From NCBI GenBank assembly GCA_047967505.1, contig CM106538.1: 64,000 nucleotides of DNA. One strand, 5' to 3'. A program made the position numbers and the translations under genes. Below, piece by piece: positions 24,129 to 37,312 of this stretch. Origin of the DNA: Dipteris shenzhenensis (lineage: Eukaryota). The notes below the pieces were generated by a model that did not search any database, was not told where the DNA came from, and saw nothing but the letters and a program-made list of their open reading frames with translations. Every line of letters starts with the position of its first letter. The first letter of the stretch is position 1.

Positions 24129-26280
24129 AGCACCACAAGGCACCCATGTAATCGTGGGATACTTTGCCATAATCATCTCACCCGCAATCTTATATTTGAA
24201 TGGGATGCGTCAATTTTACGAGCAAAAACCTATGAGCAAGTTTATCCGAGCGTGTTTTTCAAGAGATTTTTAAAAATGTTTTTCTTTAGGAAACATGGTT
24301 TTTACACTTTTATTTTCACTAGAACTAGATCCCTTTATCATAAAAATATACAGACTAGTCACTCATTCATTTTTACACAACATAATTTTCTTATTTAGAG
24401 ACATCCCTTTGTACCCCTGTTATTATCTTAAAAAAGTGTTGATTCCTTTAAGAAACATTCCTCATAATCACTCTCAATGTAATAATACTATGCATATATA
24501 ATTACTTATTAACACATTTATATCATATGGCAATATCTTTTTAGTGTTTTTATAGCATATTTATGGACATGTTTCTAAAGAAGTTTAAATTACTATAAAT
24601 AAGTATTATCTTGGGCTTATATATCACTCTCATAAAATACATGTAATATTTAATACTATATATGAAAGATTTTCCAAAATATAACTCCATAGATGTGCTC
24701 AAATGGGGTGTTCCGATCAATTTGAGTGGTTGAATGACTATATTTGGACATTGGATATGAAAGTTATGTCACTTTTAAAAGTGCTGTCCAAGGTAGTTTC
24801 GCCAGCGAAACTACCTTGGGAGACTTGCTTCAAAGGGGTTTCACTAGCGAAACTACTTGGATGGCTTGCTTCAATGAGTTTTCTTTGAAGAAACTCTTTC
24901 ATGAAGATAGGTTGAGAGAGGGTTTTCAATGTCACCCCCTATTAAGTAAAAGTTGTAAGAAGGATCATAAGGGAATTTTCATAGAGAAGTCTACTCTACA
25001 TGTGGGTTTCTTCAAAAGCCATCCCATTATGCTCTCACCATTCCTACAGATTCACCTAAAGATTTTTGTATAAAATAGGCATAGCTATAATACTTTGCAT
25101 ATTTCTAAGTGAAACTATGTTTTCTTCTGATCGATTTTTGCCATATTTATGCATAGTTGGAAGCTTTTTTTTTCCTTCGCTCGGACGCTCGGAAGATTTC
25201 GCTCAGAAAATGCTCGTCCCCTATTTGAATGCATTATCTATTACTAATGCAATAACATTCTCACTGCCACCAATTTTGCCAATTGCGCTTTCATATATGT
25301 TAAAAATGTATGATGCAATCTTTTCTTTTAGAGAGGTGTTGATGCTCTTCAATAACATTGTTCCCTTGTTGGGGGTGATGCTCATCACATTTATCAATAG
25401 TCTGGCCTGCTTACTATTCCATCCATCAAAAGCAAGAGTGCACTTATATGTAGGAATACAATCCAATATTTTTTTCTTTAGACAATTTGCAATAGTCTTT
25501 TTAACTCTATTAAGATGATCTATTCTCATGTTGTTATAATCTGGCATAATAAATCCTAGTCCAGCACATGACTTCAAGAAGGCATACAGGATGTCGTGTC
25601 TCTCATGACATTGACGGGTATGCCAGTTTGTACAAATGCTTCCGTCCATCTCAAGTGCTCTTCGTGCACTTATTGTCGATGAAAACCATCCTTAATAGAT
25701 GATTGATCTTTGCTTTTTCTCTTTCTTACTTGACTAATATTTATTGCATCAAAACTCACCTGCAATTCATTTGTTTGTAAATCTACATTCCCATTACTTG
25801 CTAAGGTGTCTCTTATATTTGATGGCTCTTGCAGCTCCTACTTGACTGACATTTATTGCATCAAAACTCACATGTGATTCATTTGTTTGTAAAACTACAT
25901 TCCCATTACTTGCTGAGGTGGTGCTGAGGTGTCTCTTATATTTGACGGCTCTTTTGGCTCTTCTCCTTCAATAGTCTCATTGACCTCAGTGCTAACATTA
26001 GCACTTCTAGCATTCCTTATTGGATTAACCAATCTTTTCACTTTTTCTAAATATGATTTGCATAAAGGAATAACATTAGATGGAGTGCATGTATAATCTT
26101 CAACATCATTGCCAATTCCTAAGAAATGTTTCTTGATGCGAGTAGTACCACCCGTGAACTTGTGTCCCCACAATATTTACACTATAAGAAAGAAATTGAG
26201 GCATGCACTTTCCGTACCTTCGTCACATATGACCAATTTTTCCGTGCACCATGCTATCGAAGTAGCATGCAAAAGCATAA
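24129..26280 (-). pseudogene. hAT-family transposase remnant (BED finger plus DUF659-type core), 3' truncated
   Basis: KYCG-HKFTGGTTRIKKHFLG (BED), TLAFDGW...LINVM, VIDNAFK|YKIAGEMIMAKYPTITWVPCGA (reads across the 1 kb insertion), then fused to gypsy sequence. Confidence 0.88.
24203..25221. mobile_element. Non-autonomous ~1.02 kb Mutator-like element, copy B, inserted in the hAT transposase
   Basis: Perfect flanking duplication TATTTGAAT(G); removing it restores the hAT frame; near-identical to 14710-15728. Confidence 0.82.
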
Positions 26281-26394
26281 ACGAAAACAAAATATTACTT
26301 GCATATGCAAGAAAGGAACATGATACAATAAATATTTTGTTGAAAGCAATCAATATACATCCAAACACACATTGAATAATGCAAGATTATAGAT

Positions 26395-27335
26395 ATATCC
26401 ATTCAATCACAAGTATAAAAATATTTATCTTTCATCCATTCATTCACATTCTCTTGAAATATTTTTAATCCATTCATTCACATCCTCTTGAAAGAATATA
26501 AAATATTGATTAAAAAGAAAGTGCAAGAATGAATAGATACGAATTGTATTTCATTTATTCACATTCTTCAAAAAAGAATGTAATGTATTCATTCGAAAGA
26601 ATGTGTATGAATGAGTGAATGTAAATTACAAATCATTCATTCACATTCTATTGAACAAATATTCAATATTCATTCAAAAGAAAGTGTAAGAATGAGTGAA
26701 TGTAAACGCAAATCGTTCATTCACATTCTCCTGAAAGAATATAAAGTATTCTTTCAAAAGAAAGTGTAAGAATGAGTGAATGTTAATTACAAATCATTCA
26801 TTCACATTCTATTGAAAGAATATTCAATATTCATTCAAAAGAAACTGTAAGGATGAGTGAATGTAAATGCAAATCATTCATTCATATTCTCTGAAAGGAT
26901 ATAAAGTATGCTTTCAAAAGAAAGTGTAAAAATGAGTGAATGTAAATTGCAAATCATTCATTCACATTCATACAAGAGAATATTAAGTTACAAATCATTC
27001 ATTCACATTCTATTGAAAGAATATTCAATATTAATTCAAAAGAAACTATAAGGATGAGTGAATGTAAATGCAAATCATTCATTCATATTCTTTGAAAGGA
27101 TATAAAGTATGCTTTCAAAAGAAAGCGTAAGATTGAGTGAATGTAAATTATAAATCATTCATTCACATTCTACCAAAAGAGTATTAAATATTCATTCGTT
27201 TACATTATATTGAAAGAAGATTAAATATTCATTCAAAAGAAAGTTTAACATAAGTGAAAATAAATTGTAAATCATTCATCCATATTCTATTAAAATAATA
27301 TTATATATTCTTTCAAAAGGAAGTGTAAGAATGTT
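26395..27335. repeat. AT-rich ~80 bp tandem array with internal inverted motifs, upstream of the hAT ORF
   Basis: Unit AAAGTGTAAGAATGAGTGAATGTAAATTACAAATCATTCATTCACATTCTATTGAAAGAATATTCAATATTCATTCAAAAG repeated about ten times. Confidence 0.9.
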
Positions 27336-27600
27336 GTAAATTTCAATTAATTTAAACAAACAAATAACGCATTTAATTCATATACGATAACTTATGAGTT
27401 TCATTTTAAAAGATGAAACTCTAAGCACTCTACCAAGTAAAAAAAACAAAGCAACGAACATTAAGATCAATAAGACGAAGAACTATTATAAACAAAGGGC
27501 AAATCACATTTTACATTTCAAATAAGTTCAACAAAAAAGTAAGAAGAGAACTTATGGAGTCTCATTTTGAACAAGATGATTTTATTCATGTGGCTTGCCT

Positions 27601-27661
<61 letters not shown>

Positions 27662-27810
27662 AGAAGGAGAAGAAGAAGAAGAGAGAGAGAGAGAGAGGGG
27701 GGGGGGGGGAAGATGGGAAGAGAGAGAGAGAGAGAGAGAGAGGGAGGGGGGGAGAAAAAGATGGGAAGAGAAAGGGAGAGAAGAAGAAAGAGAGAGAAAG
27801 GGGGAGAAAA
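27601..27810. repeat. (GA)n / purine-rich simple repeat
   Basis: GA and GAA runs. Confidence 0.95.
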
Positions 27811-28254
27811 ATATGGGATGCAAATAGCAATAACAAGGATGACCAATAGCATATTTCCATGCAACAAGCACCAAAAATTCAAATAATTTATCATCTCTAA
27901 AGAAAATCGATGCTTCACTAAAGCCTTTCCCCCCTAGGGCAGGCAAAAAATGAGACACTAAGTACTCCACCAAGTAAAAACAAAAATATTAAGGCCCATA
28001 AGACTCTAGAAACTGTAACAAACAAACCCACAATCACAATTCTCATAAGAGATCTAAGGATCTCAACAAAGAGACCCTTGAACTCACTCATACAAACACA
28101 AATCCATCTTAGTTCAGACCTTTCAAATTGCTTTTGCAACCTCAGAGGGCCTTCTTTCTTTTCTTTTCCTTCTTTGATCTCTTCTGCTGGGCTAGAGAAC
28201 CAAGCATGAGATAAACATAAAATGGTGTACTACGAGCTTAAATAGAAGAACTGA

Positions 28255-28440
28255 AGAAGGTATTTGTACTAATACATGTTTTTTGTACGAATACTTTGTT
28301 TATACAAATACATTTGGATGACGTGTCCTTTTATGAAAAAACGTGACGTGTCAGTGTTTTTTAGCTCGAATTTTTTTCCTATTGAACCATTTGTTTGAAT
28401 TTCTCATATTTTTTGAATCACGAATTCAAATTTTTATACT

Positions 28441-28442
<2 letters not shown>
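28255..28442 (-). mobile_element. Putative 5' terminus of the hAT element
   Basis: Minus strand starts CAAGTATAAAAATTTGAATTCG next to a (GA)n run; subterminal TATTTGTACTAATA/TTTGTACGAATA motifs; the other end is lost, so no TIR pair or TSD can be checked. Confidence 0.35.
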
Positions 28443-28478
<36 letters not shown>

Positions 28479-29495
28479 TCTGGCCAACCTTGCTGTCTTT
28501 TCTGATCCTTTGAGACCAAGCAATCTGTGTATCCCCACCACCACAAGGCATGCTCTATCTAAAACACACAAACACGCACACATGCGCACGTGCACGCACA
28601 CATTTTTGAGACTTGTGGTTGGTTTCTCCAAAACTCATAGGGCAATTACAAATCGGCGTCTAGGTAAGCTAGGTAAGGGGCGTCCCCTTATGTGGTGTCC
28701 ACATGGAGAGGCCAAATTCGCCATGCAAAAAAAGGGAAGCATTGTCTATGATAAGAGGATCTGAACTCATGCCATCGAATCCGCCAGCGTAAACCACATA
28801 GGTGTTTTCACATGCTTGCAATAAAAATCTGGTTTGCTTGGTGTGCACTTTTCGCTTGGTGTGTAACCTCCCTTATTGTACTACAACCTTAAACCCTTGA
28901 CTCTACATGGATGATGCTGTGGTGGCTAGAAGAAACTTTTGTTTTTTGGTGGTTTTTTTGTTAGCACTGCCTTCTAGGCAACGCTCTAGTTACATTTTTG
29001 TTATAAAGTATCCCACACACTTTGTTGCCAAGTGGCCCCCTTCTTTTTTGGTTCTCTCTCTCTCTCACACACACTCACTCACACACACGTTCTTTTTTAA
29101 TCAGCATTGCCTTCTAAGCAATACTATAGTTACACCTTTGTTAAAAAAAGTGTCCCCTTTAGTTTCTTGCCAAGTGGCCCCCTTCCATTTTGGTTTAGGG
29201 TCTTGACACACCAAGTTGCTATTTTTCCCTCCATGGCGAGTGGGGATCATTACACATTGCCATGAAGATGTGGCAAGGCATGGGAGGTTCAAGCCCCACC
29301 AGCCCCTAAGCAATAAATGCTTTCAATAATGTAAACCCCTGCCCATGCTCTTGGGCGGGGGGTCTTGGCTGCCCAACTTTGTCCACCCTCTTTTTTTAAA
29401 GGATCCAATAAGCTTTTTGAATGTGGCAGCACGCCCCTGCAACAAAGGCTTGGCAGGCGGGGACTTGGGCGGTCTATAAAGACCCTTAATCTCTG

Positions 29496-29528
<33 letters not shown>

Positions 29529-29939
29529 GAGAGTTTGCAAATCATTCGGACTTTCCTATGCACGGGCTTCTATCACAGGTGTTGCAAATTAATCATCCAA
29601 TCATCTTGACAATTGTTTTCCTTTGACAGAACCAACTTGAAGGCATTGCTCACGAGTACTTGTATTCACTTGTTTTGTTACAAAAGAAACTCACACGCAG
29701 CAAGGCTTGATCGCAGGGCGGGCGGTGGTGCGAGTAGGGGGGCACCCTACCACAACAGAGAGGGAAAAGAGCTGGGAAGTCGTAACGTGTGAGTTGTACG
29801 GTTGAGGGTTCCTCGGTTTAATTTTGTGAAAAGTTTGAAAAAAATTTGGTGGGTTTTTGTTGGGTTTTGGAAGACGGTGTTCATATCACCGCAATTGCAA
29901 ATCCTTCCATGCGAACTGTGAGGGAGCTCGTCTCCTACC

Positions 29940-30546
29940 ATGCCTGCTTCTCGCCTCCTTTGTGCCCGTCCTAGCTTGCTTTCCATCCTCAAAAGACCCC
30001 TGCCGCAAATTCAAATCGCTACGATCAACTCCTCTTGCATCGAGCGCTCAGTATCCTCTCAGTCTCTTTTAGAATCGCCTCCGTTGGTCACATACCTTGA
30101 CAACGGCACCCAGCGGCTCGTCCATGCCGATTTTGCCACGAGTAGCTTCGCCTCAGCACCCTTAGCTAATCAAAGAGTAGCCATTGCTCATTTGCCCAAT
30201 GGTAATCCCATTGGATGCGGCAGGGAAACTGATGATCAGCTACATTCGAGCTTATTAGCGAGCAGACAAAAATTTGTGCCGCCTGCTGCCAAAAGAAGCT
30301 GTAGTCAACATCTCATATTTGGCAGAAGCCAGTTGAGCTACTCTCGTCTATTCTCCTCGTTAGTCCGCGGGGGTTCTTCCAAAGAAGTTAAGACAGCCCC
30401 CGCCCTTGTGAGCGATCCAGTAACAGATTCTTTTGCTGCTATTGAACTTGCTTTGGATTCCGTCGTGAAGGTGTTTACTGTGTCGACTAGTCCTAATTAT
30501 TTTCTTCCTTGGCAAAACAAGCCTCAGCGAGAAATTACTGGGTCAG
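29940..30546 (+). CDS. DEG10: Deg/HtrA serine protease (Do-like 10, probably mitochondrial), exon 1
   Basis: Long Ser/Arg-rich N-terminal extension, then [40 protein letters not shown]; donor AG|GTAATT. Confidence 0.88.
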
Positions 30547-30661
30547 GTAATTTGCCGTCGATAGACTCGAAATTTGCTCTCTCTGGTGTACACTCAGCAT
30601 TATGATCATCCAAGGGGCCGTCTTTCTCAATTCCTTTGTTTCCTGCTGATTATGTTTACAG

Positions 30662-30907
30662 GTTTTGTCATTCATGGACAGCGAATCATAACTAATGCTC
30701 ATGTAGTAGCCGACCAGACGTTTGTCAAGGTGAGGAAGCATGGATCCCCAGAAAAGTTCAAGGCAAAAGTGGAAGCTGTTGGGCACGAATGTGATCTTGC
30801 CCTGCTAAGTGTGGAAGAAAATGAGTTTTGGGAAGGAATGCAACCTTTGGAGCTTGGTGGTATCCCGTACTTACAAGAGGCAGTTGCAGTAGTCGGTTAT
30901 CCGCAAG
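30662..30907 (+). CDS. DEG10: Deg protease exon 2 (catalytic His and Asp)
   Basis: [18 protein letters not shown]...GHECDLALL...VAVVGYPQG; acceptor TTACAG, donor AG|GTATGC; phases match exons 1 and 3. Confidence 0.93.
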
Positions 30908-31624
30908 GTATGCTCTTAATAAATAGATAGCTTGGAGTATCTTCAACTGAGAAAGGGAACCTGTTGGACGCATTTTTCTATTCCAGCAGTAGGTCTGCTT
31001 TACATTGGGGCTTGAGTATTACTTGACTGCTTTCACATTCTCTTGAGAGTTGTGTAAGCTCGTATCAGAGTAAGCTGCTACATTGCAGCCTTAGGATTTA
31101 GGTTATCTCAAAGATGTTTTATTTTAATGGGCACAATGACACATTAGAGTTCTTGGCCACAACAAGAATTCGCATTGGTTTTGTTGGTTTCCTCATCTGT
31201 AACCTTGGAGGTTAGATATGAAGTAGGCGATGTGGAGGGACAATGCTATTTAATTTGTATTTCAAAGGTTTTTTCCTAGGGCCATTGTAATGCTATCTAG
31301 CAATTTTATGGCATTTACATTCATTTATAGATATCAGCGAATTTGTTTTAGTCAGTGCTGACTCTAGGTTGAGGATAACCCAATAGGCTAGGTTTTAACA
31401 AGGGTTTGAAGCTTAGATAGCTACGTGATTGCTAGGGAATGACCTGCAATAGGACCTGTTGTCTTTGTATTTTTGGTGCTTGCTAACTATACGAAAGGAT
31501 GCGGTAAGCAGCTGGTCGGCATCCTTTGGCCATTTGAATCACGTGATGTCACCTTTCATGCCGCATTAGGGGATAGGTGGTTGCGGTGGTCCTATAAGAA
31601 ACCCCAACCTATTCACCATTACCT

Positions 31625-32306
31625 TGTTGGAAAACAGACCTACACTTGTGTACAGCGTATAGCACAGCTAATACAACATGTAGATCACCAATGTCCTTGC
31701 AATCACCAATTGAGAACACGAGACATCTTGCGCTGAAGATGGACCAAGATGCAATACCACTATCTCACTTCAAACGTTTGCACACACAGGAAGATAGACT
31801 ACACTTGCAGATCTGGGAGAGAGAACACCCAGAAGTACAGCCCAAAAAATCTCATAAACAGATATTGAAACACTACAAAAGGAGCTGCAGAACCGTTCGG
31901 TCACCTGCATCAAACTCTGCTGAGGTAAGGCATCACCATGAGTTATGCTGCACTCCTTGCTGAGGATCTCCTCTAGACTGCTGTGTTCCTCATCAGGCTT
32001 CAGTAGCTACGCAAGGGAGCCCTGCTACTCACTTATGCACACACGGAACTCTTTGTTGTTCTTTCACCGTGATAACGATGTGCACATAGAAGAACTCCAG
32101 AGTCCAACCAGTCACTCCCTGAGAATTGATAGACGTCTCTCCAAGGGGGCCATACTATAGGTTGCAGACTCCCATGTTTGGCCGACGAGATTGCTGTTGC
32201 AGACCAGAGAAATTAATGTGTGCGCATGCGCTTTTGTTTGCTCAGTGGGGACGCCCACAGAGACTAGAATTAGTCTAGAGATTATTTTTGCATGCAAAAG
32301 CTAACA
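31625..32306. mobile_element. Possible LTR remnant in intron 2
   Basis: Bounded by TGTTGG...CTAACA; no TSD, PBS or partner LTR seen. Confidence 0.3.
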
Positions 32307-32309
32307 GTT

Positions 32310-33600
32310 AATGGGTGCCATGGTGGTGTGCTTCATTAAAATGTTACAGGTGCCAAGAGGAGTCAAAATGCCCTATTCTTATGGAGCTAAGGAAGAACCT
32401 TACCAAAGCAAAGTAACCATGGGAGTTCGAAGGCATAGAAAGACCCAACCCACTCCCTTGGGAGTCTTGGAAAACGAAGCGTTACGACAAGTCCATGCCC
32501 TCTATAGTAAAGCCGTGATACCAGGGGAAAAGGAAAACCAGGTGTGGGCCAAGATAAATGGGGCTTTGCTTAACTAGTGTGTGGGTGGTTTCGAGTGAGC
32601 GAAGTTGGAGAAGGAAGACTCCTTGTCCATAGATGGTGACCTCTTGGATGTGGTCCCCTCTAGCACTAAATGCGCATGTAACCAATCCCGGATTTGGCTC
32701 ATGAAAGGGGTGAGCCTTACTATTCGGTCCACTACTGATTCGTCCGTGAGAGACTGAACTGCTTTCTTAACCTGTTGCTTATCTTGAGGAGAGAGTATAA
32801 CCTTGACAGCTGGGGGGATTGAAGGTGTTGCCATTGAGCCTTCTGGCCAGACAAGTGTCACTGCCAAGCTTTCTTTCTCCAAGGTGTAAGCAATTAATGT
32901 GACGCTGCGTGAGAAGGAAGAGGAGGGGTGGAAAAAGGGAAAAAAGGGAAAGAAAATAAGAAAGGCCTTCAAGAACAAGGGTAGAAGGCTGCCCAAGCGC
33001 TTGACAATCTCAAAAGACCTTTGATTGGTTGGGAATTGAAGTTGGGATAAAGCTGAGCTGCAAAAGGCATTGATGACAAGCTCCTGGTAGTCCAAAATTG
33101 GCTCCAAGGACTCGACAAGCTGTCCTATGCACAGGACTTGGGAGGACACCTCCTCGAGGTGCTCCCACAGCCTAGAACTAGGCGAGCAAAGCCTTAGCCT
33201 TAGCATTAGGCTGAGTTGGCCCAGCTGCGGTGGCCATCAGCCAGCACCTTGGAGGGGAACAAAGCAGGTCGGAAGGGACTAATTGCCCCCTAGGTCCACC
33301 GAGCCCCACAGGGGGCTGCACAGATTCAAGAAAAGAGCCCCACGTTGCTCACGGGAAGTCTAGCTTTGAGACGAGGCCAACAGAGGCAAAAATGGGGGCC
33401 AGCTTGAAACAGTCGTGACATGGAAGGAGGGAAGAAAACGGGGGGAAGGAGGAAAGAAGAGACGGCGGGGGGGAGAAGAAAGTGTGCGAGGGGGGAAGGA
33501 GCAAAGTCGGAGAGGGAGAAGGACATGGAAGGGAGCAAGGCGGGGGAAAGCACGAGGAGGAGGCTATGGCGGGGATGGTAGTCGAGAGCAGGGAAGCAAT
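32310..33600 (-). mobile_element. L1 LINE 5' fragment (pyrimidine-rich 5' UTR plus ORF1 start)
   Basis: MATPSIPPAVKVILSPQDKQQV...IRDWLHAHL...SPIYLGPHLVFLFPWYHGF resembles plant L1 ORF1 (DUF4283-like); homologous start at ~41547. Confidence 0.65.
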
Positions 33601-34629
33601 ATTTACCTGTGAGATGTACTTTAACTACCATATTTGTGTCTTTTCTCAGTGTGTTTTTGCAGGTTAGATGGGGATTTAGCCAGGAGACGGCACAGTTAGG
33701 GCCTGGTTTGAGGCCAATCAAAGGCTGGTTAGGGACCTTGACCGGGGTCAGGTCAACCAACCAGACTAGGTCAAGTTAACCCAACGAGACCAAGTTGGGT
33801 CATCCGCCTATACCTAGTTAGCTCAGTCTGCCAGGTCAGCCCTATGTATAGAGTCGTTTGGCCCTGGGTCTCTACAGTTCTTGGAGTTGTTTTGGCAGGT
33901 GTTTGGCGCAGTCTCCAGCCTATTCTTGGCGAGTTGTAGGCACAATTTCCTGCCTACTCGTGGGGGTTGTGAGGTGCAGTTCTACCTCATCATCCAGTCA
34001 CCAGTGGCGCAGTTTTACCTTGGAGCTGCACCAACTATGTGGAGGTTTTCTTAGCTATTGAGCATAGTCGTGCTATTTCCTCTATAATTCCATCCCTTTG
34101 CATTCACATTTCTTTGCTGTCTCAGTTCACATATGTGCTCATGCATATTCTGCTGCACTTTGACATCATTCCGTGGATGGTCTATAGTGCTCATGTTCAA
34201 AATAGTTCCTCCCCCATGAAAACAATCCTATAAAAATGATTGCTAAATTTTCTATCCCAGTCACTAACAATACTGGTTGGTAGCCCATACAATCTATAAA
34301 TATACTCCACGTTAGCATTGCTGATTTAAAGGTTTTTACCTCTTCATTGGTTGGAATAAATTGACTCATTTTTGGTCAATTGATCCACAATAACCCACAC
34401 AGTCGTCCCCCTCTCTGTGTCTTGGGTAATCCAACAATGATATCCACGGAGATGCTTTCCCATTTGCTAGACATGATCTTTAAAGGATGTAGCAGGGTTA
34501 GAAATCACAACAGAGGGTATACACAACGGAGAACTAATAGAGCCTAGGTGCTCAACATACATGTGCAAGCAAGTACATAGACAATGCTCATGAGAGATGT
34601 AAGACTAGCAGTATATATGTGTGTGTGTA

Positions 34630-36190
34630 CTTCGCTCGTCAAGGCTGTCCACTTAGTGCATTACTTTATGCCATTGCCACACATCCCATGCTGCAATATA
34701 TGGATCATTTAGTGGCTACAGACATGCTTCATGGATTGGAGATTTTGGGGAGTGGTGCTATGATTGCTCAGGCCTATGCTGATGATTCCTTTTTTACTCC
34801 TCGGAATAGTGAGCAGGATCTTTCATCTTTGATGCAGGCTCTATCTCTTTATGGTTTGGCTGCTAATCTTCATGTTAATTTTCAGAAATCTAAGCTCTTG
34901 CCTCTGCACTCAAAAGAATGGCATTCTCTTTTATGGCCTAGTGAAATTGTCTAACCTACTCAGCTGGTTCGTCACCTTGGTTATCCTCTTGGTTGGATGA
35001 TTACTCGTCGCCAACACAATCGGATTGGGTCCTTGAAAAGCTAAGGAAGGAGCTTGAATACTGGAAACTTGCTACTTGGCCATTGCATGTCAGACTCCGG
35101 ATTGTTCAATCCATTTTAATGGCATACGTTCAGTTCTATTTGTCAGGCTCCGGATTGTTCAATCCATTTTAATGGCATACGTTGAGTTCTATTTGCCTTT
35201 GATCATGTTCAGCAAAGGGGATCTGACAGTTTTCATGTCTATGGTTATGGAAACATTCTGGTGCTCCAAACATGGCAAGAAAAGCTTGCGTTTGCTTTCG
35301 ATGCAGCATCTTTGTTCACCTAAGATGCATGGAGGTCTGAATATTCTTAACCTTCATGTACATATTCTTGCTCACAAAGGCAACATGATGCTGCAATTTA
35401 TGCAGGGTTCTCAGCCATGGGCTGCCATGATGCGTCATTTGCTTTAGAACTTATCACCCTTACCTTTGGATATTGGCAGCCCACTCCTTGGGACTTCATT
35501 TTGGGTTCTATTGATGGAAAAATCAAAGGCTGTCCACTAGTTTCCAATATGTTGATGGATTGGAAACATATTCTTTCGCACTTGGAATGGCATGGCAGGG
35601 ATGCTTTACAGGGTTATTCTTTATGGGCTGAAAGCATCCATTGGTCCAAAGTCTTCTCCCCTCCGTGGGCTTTGTAGGAGCCTCGACGTTCTAATTTTTT
35701 GAGTCTCAAGGGGATCCACTCGGTTGCAGATGTGATCCACGATGATGGGACTCCTCTTTCTTTTCCTTTGGCTGCTGCAAAGTATAGCCTCGGCATGCAT
35801 TGTCGTCTGGTATGGTGTCACCTTATCTACATGATTCAGAATTTTATTCGAGTTCTTACTTTGGAGATAGAGGACCGGCTGCAAGACTGGACTATTCATT
35901 TGCTAGGGTCGACATGCCGTCCTTTGCGGCTGTCTTGTATTAGAGTTTCTTTGCTTTACAAAGTTCTTTTGCCCTTACCTGTCGGTTTTGTAGTGGGCAA
36001 ATAACCTTTGGCATATGAATTGTCCTGCAAAGTGGTGGCGACGCAGATTACGTGGGATTTGGATCAAAACTTCCTCTTCGACAACATATGTTTTTGTGGA
36101 GAGTTTTATTGGGAGTTTTTCCATCTGGGCAGGTTCTGGCATGCGGACATATTGCTCCGGCTTTTTATCGCAGATGCTTAGCTCTGCGGG
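34630..36190 (+). mobile_element. L1 LINE ORF2 fragment (RT C-half to zf-RVT), decayed
   Basis: RQGCPLSALLYAIA, AYADD, VNFQKSKL, RHLGYPLG, PKMHGGLNILNL, KLPLRQHMFLWRVL. Confidence 0.88.
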
Positions 36191-36379
36191 AAACGGCATC
36201 AAATGGTTCAGCATCATGCATGGATAAATCGAAACCAGGATCAACAAGGTGTAGAGACTGGTTTGCAGTCCTCAACATCCAACAGCCTACTCATACAGAG
36301 TGGCATCAACTGGCTCAACAGCATCCTGCATGGAGAAACCGAAACTTGTTTGCAGTCCTCAAACTGAAATCTCTGTAAC

Positions 36380-36860
36380 ACATCTCCAATGAACTTGAAT
36401 TGTGGATTGACTCATGATAATATCCCCCTTGACACGAGTAAACTGAATGCCGAGATAGTAGTGCAGCAGGCCCAAATCTGGCATAGAAAATGACTGCTGC
36501 AAATCAGCCTTAAAGGCTGTAATATGCTGTGTAGAGAGTCCAGTCAAGACATATCATCCATATATAGAATAAGAATCAGCAAGTCAGCGTTGCGCTTGCA
36601 TACATAGAGAGTCTTCTGTGTAGGGCTGTTCTAAAGGCTGTTCTAAAGAGCAAGGCTGGTCAGATGTACGAATCTTGGCATACTATGCCTGGGGTGTCTA
36701 CTTCAAACCAACAATGCTTTGTGCAATCGGCATACCTTATTTTCAAACCCCTCTAACTTCAAAACCAAGAGGTTGAGACACATAGAGCTCTGCTTACAAA
36801 TCTCCATTCTTGAAAGCAGTTTTATGTCAAGATGGTGCACTTGCCAATGATGATGGGCTA
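36380..36860 (-). mobile_element. Copia RT fragment
   Basis: WQVHHLDIK, KVCRLHKAL, LYMDD, FSMPDLGLLHYYLGIQF. Confidence 0.8.
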
Positions 36861-36869
36861 AGCTGTTGG

Positions 36870-37312
36870 ATGCTTGATATATTTGTGGTGCACAGGTCAC
36901 ATCTTCAGTATGTTGTTTTCCAATTGAGCAGATTTATGCATAGTCCCAGTGCACAAGTGCAGGCTGTGAAGCGTGTCTTCACTCAAAGTTTGGGCCTTTT
37001 TTATGGCCCCGCTTCTTCACTTATGCTGCATGCTTTCATAGATATTGACTGGGTTGGATGCTATGACATACTAGTGTCGCACACTGGCGAGTGCTTTATG
37101 CTAAGTTCATGCTTTTCTTGGTACAGCAAAATGCAGCCTATAGTTGTTACTTCTAGTTGTGAAGTTGAGTATAGGGCAGATTTTACAGCCATGGTGTAAT
37201 GTATATGGCTACAGAAGCTACTTGTAGGTCTGGGTGTTGGCTTGACATCTCCCACCTTTATCTACTTGTGATAGTCAGAGTGCCTTAGCCATTGCCTAGA
37301 ACCCAATGTTTC
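36870..37312 (+). mobile_element. Copia RT/RNase H fragment, interrupted by an L1 and resuming at 42174
   Basis: QLSRFMHSP, DIDWVG, SWYSKMQP, SSCEVEYRA, ...NPMF|HALTLHIEVHYHYARE (42174-42330). Confidence 0.85.

Noticed and set aside
14710-25221. The 1 kb direct repeats as LTRs of one 10.5 kb element
   Set aside because: No TG...CA, PBS or PPT, and each copy has its own flanking duplication.
27554-27973. ER/LS-rich ORFs
   Set aside because: Translation of (GA)n repeats.
28638-29490. Possible PIF/Harbinger-like MITE upstream of the protease gene (AGGGCAATTACAAATCG ... CGGTCTATAAAGACCCT)
   Set aside because: The terminal match is too weak and no clear TSD is present.
33608-34165. LTR-like block (TGTGAG...TTGACA)
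   Set aside because: No TSD, PBS or partner; boundaries unsupported.
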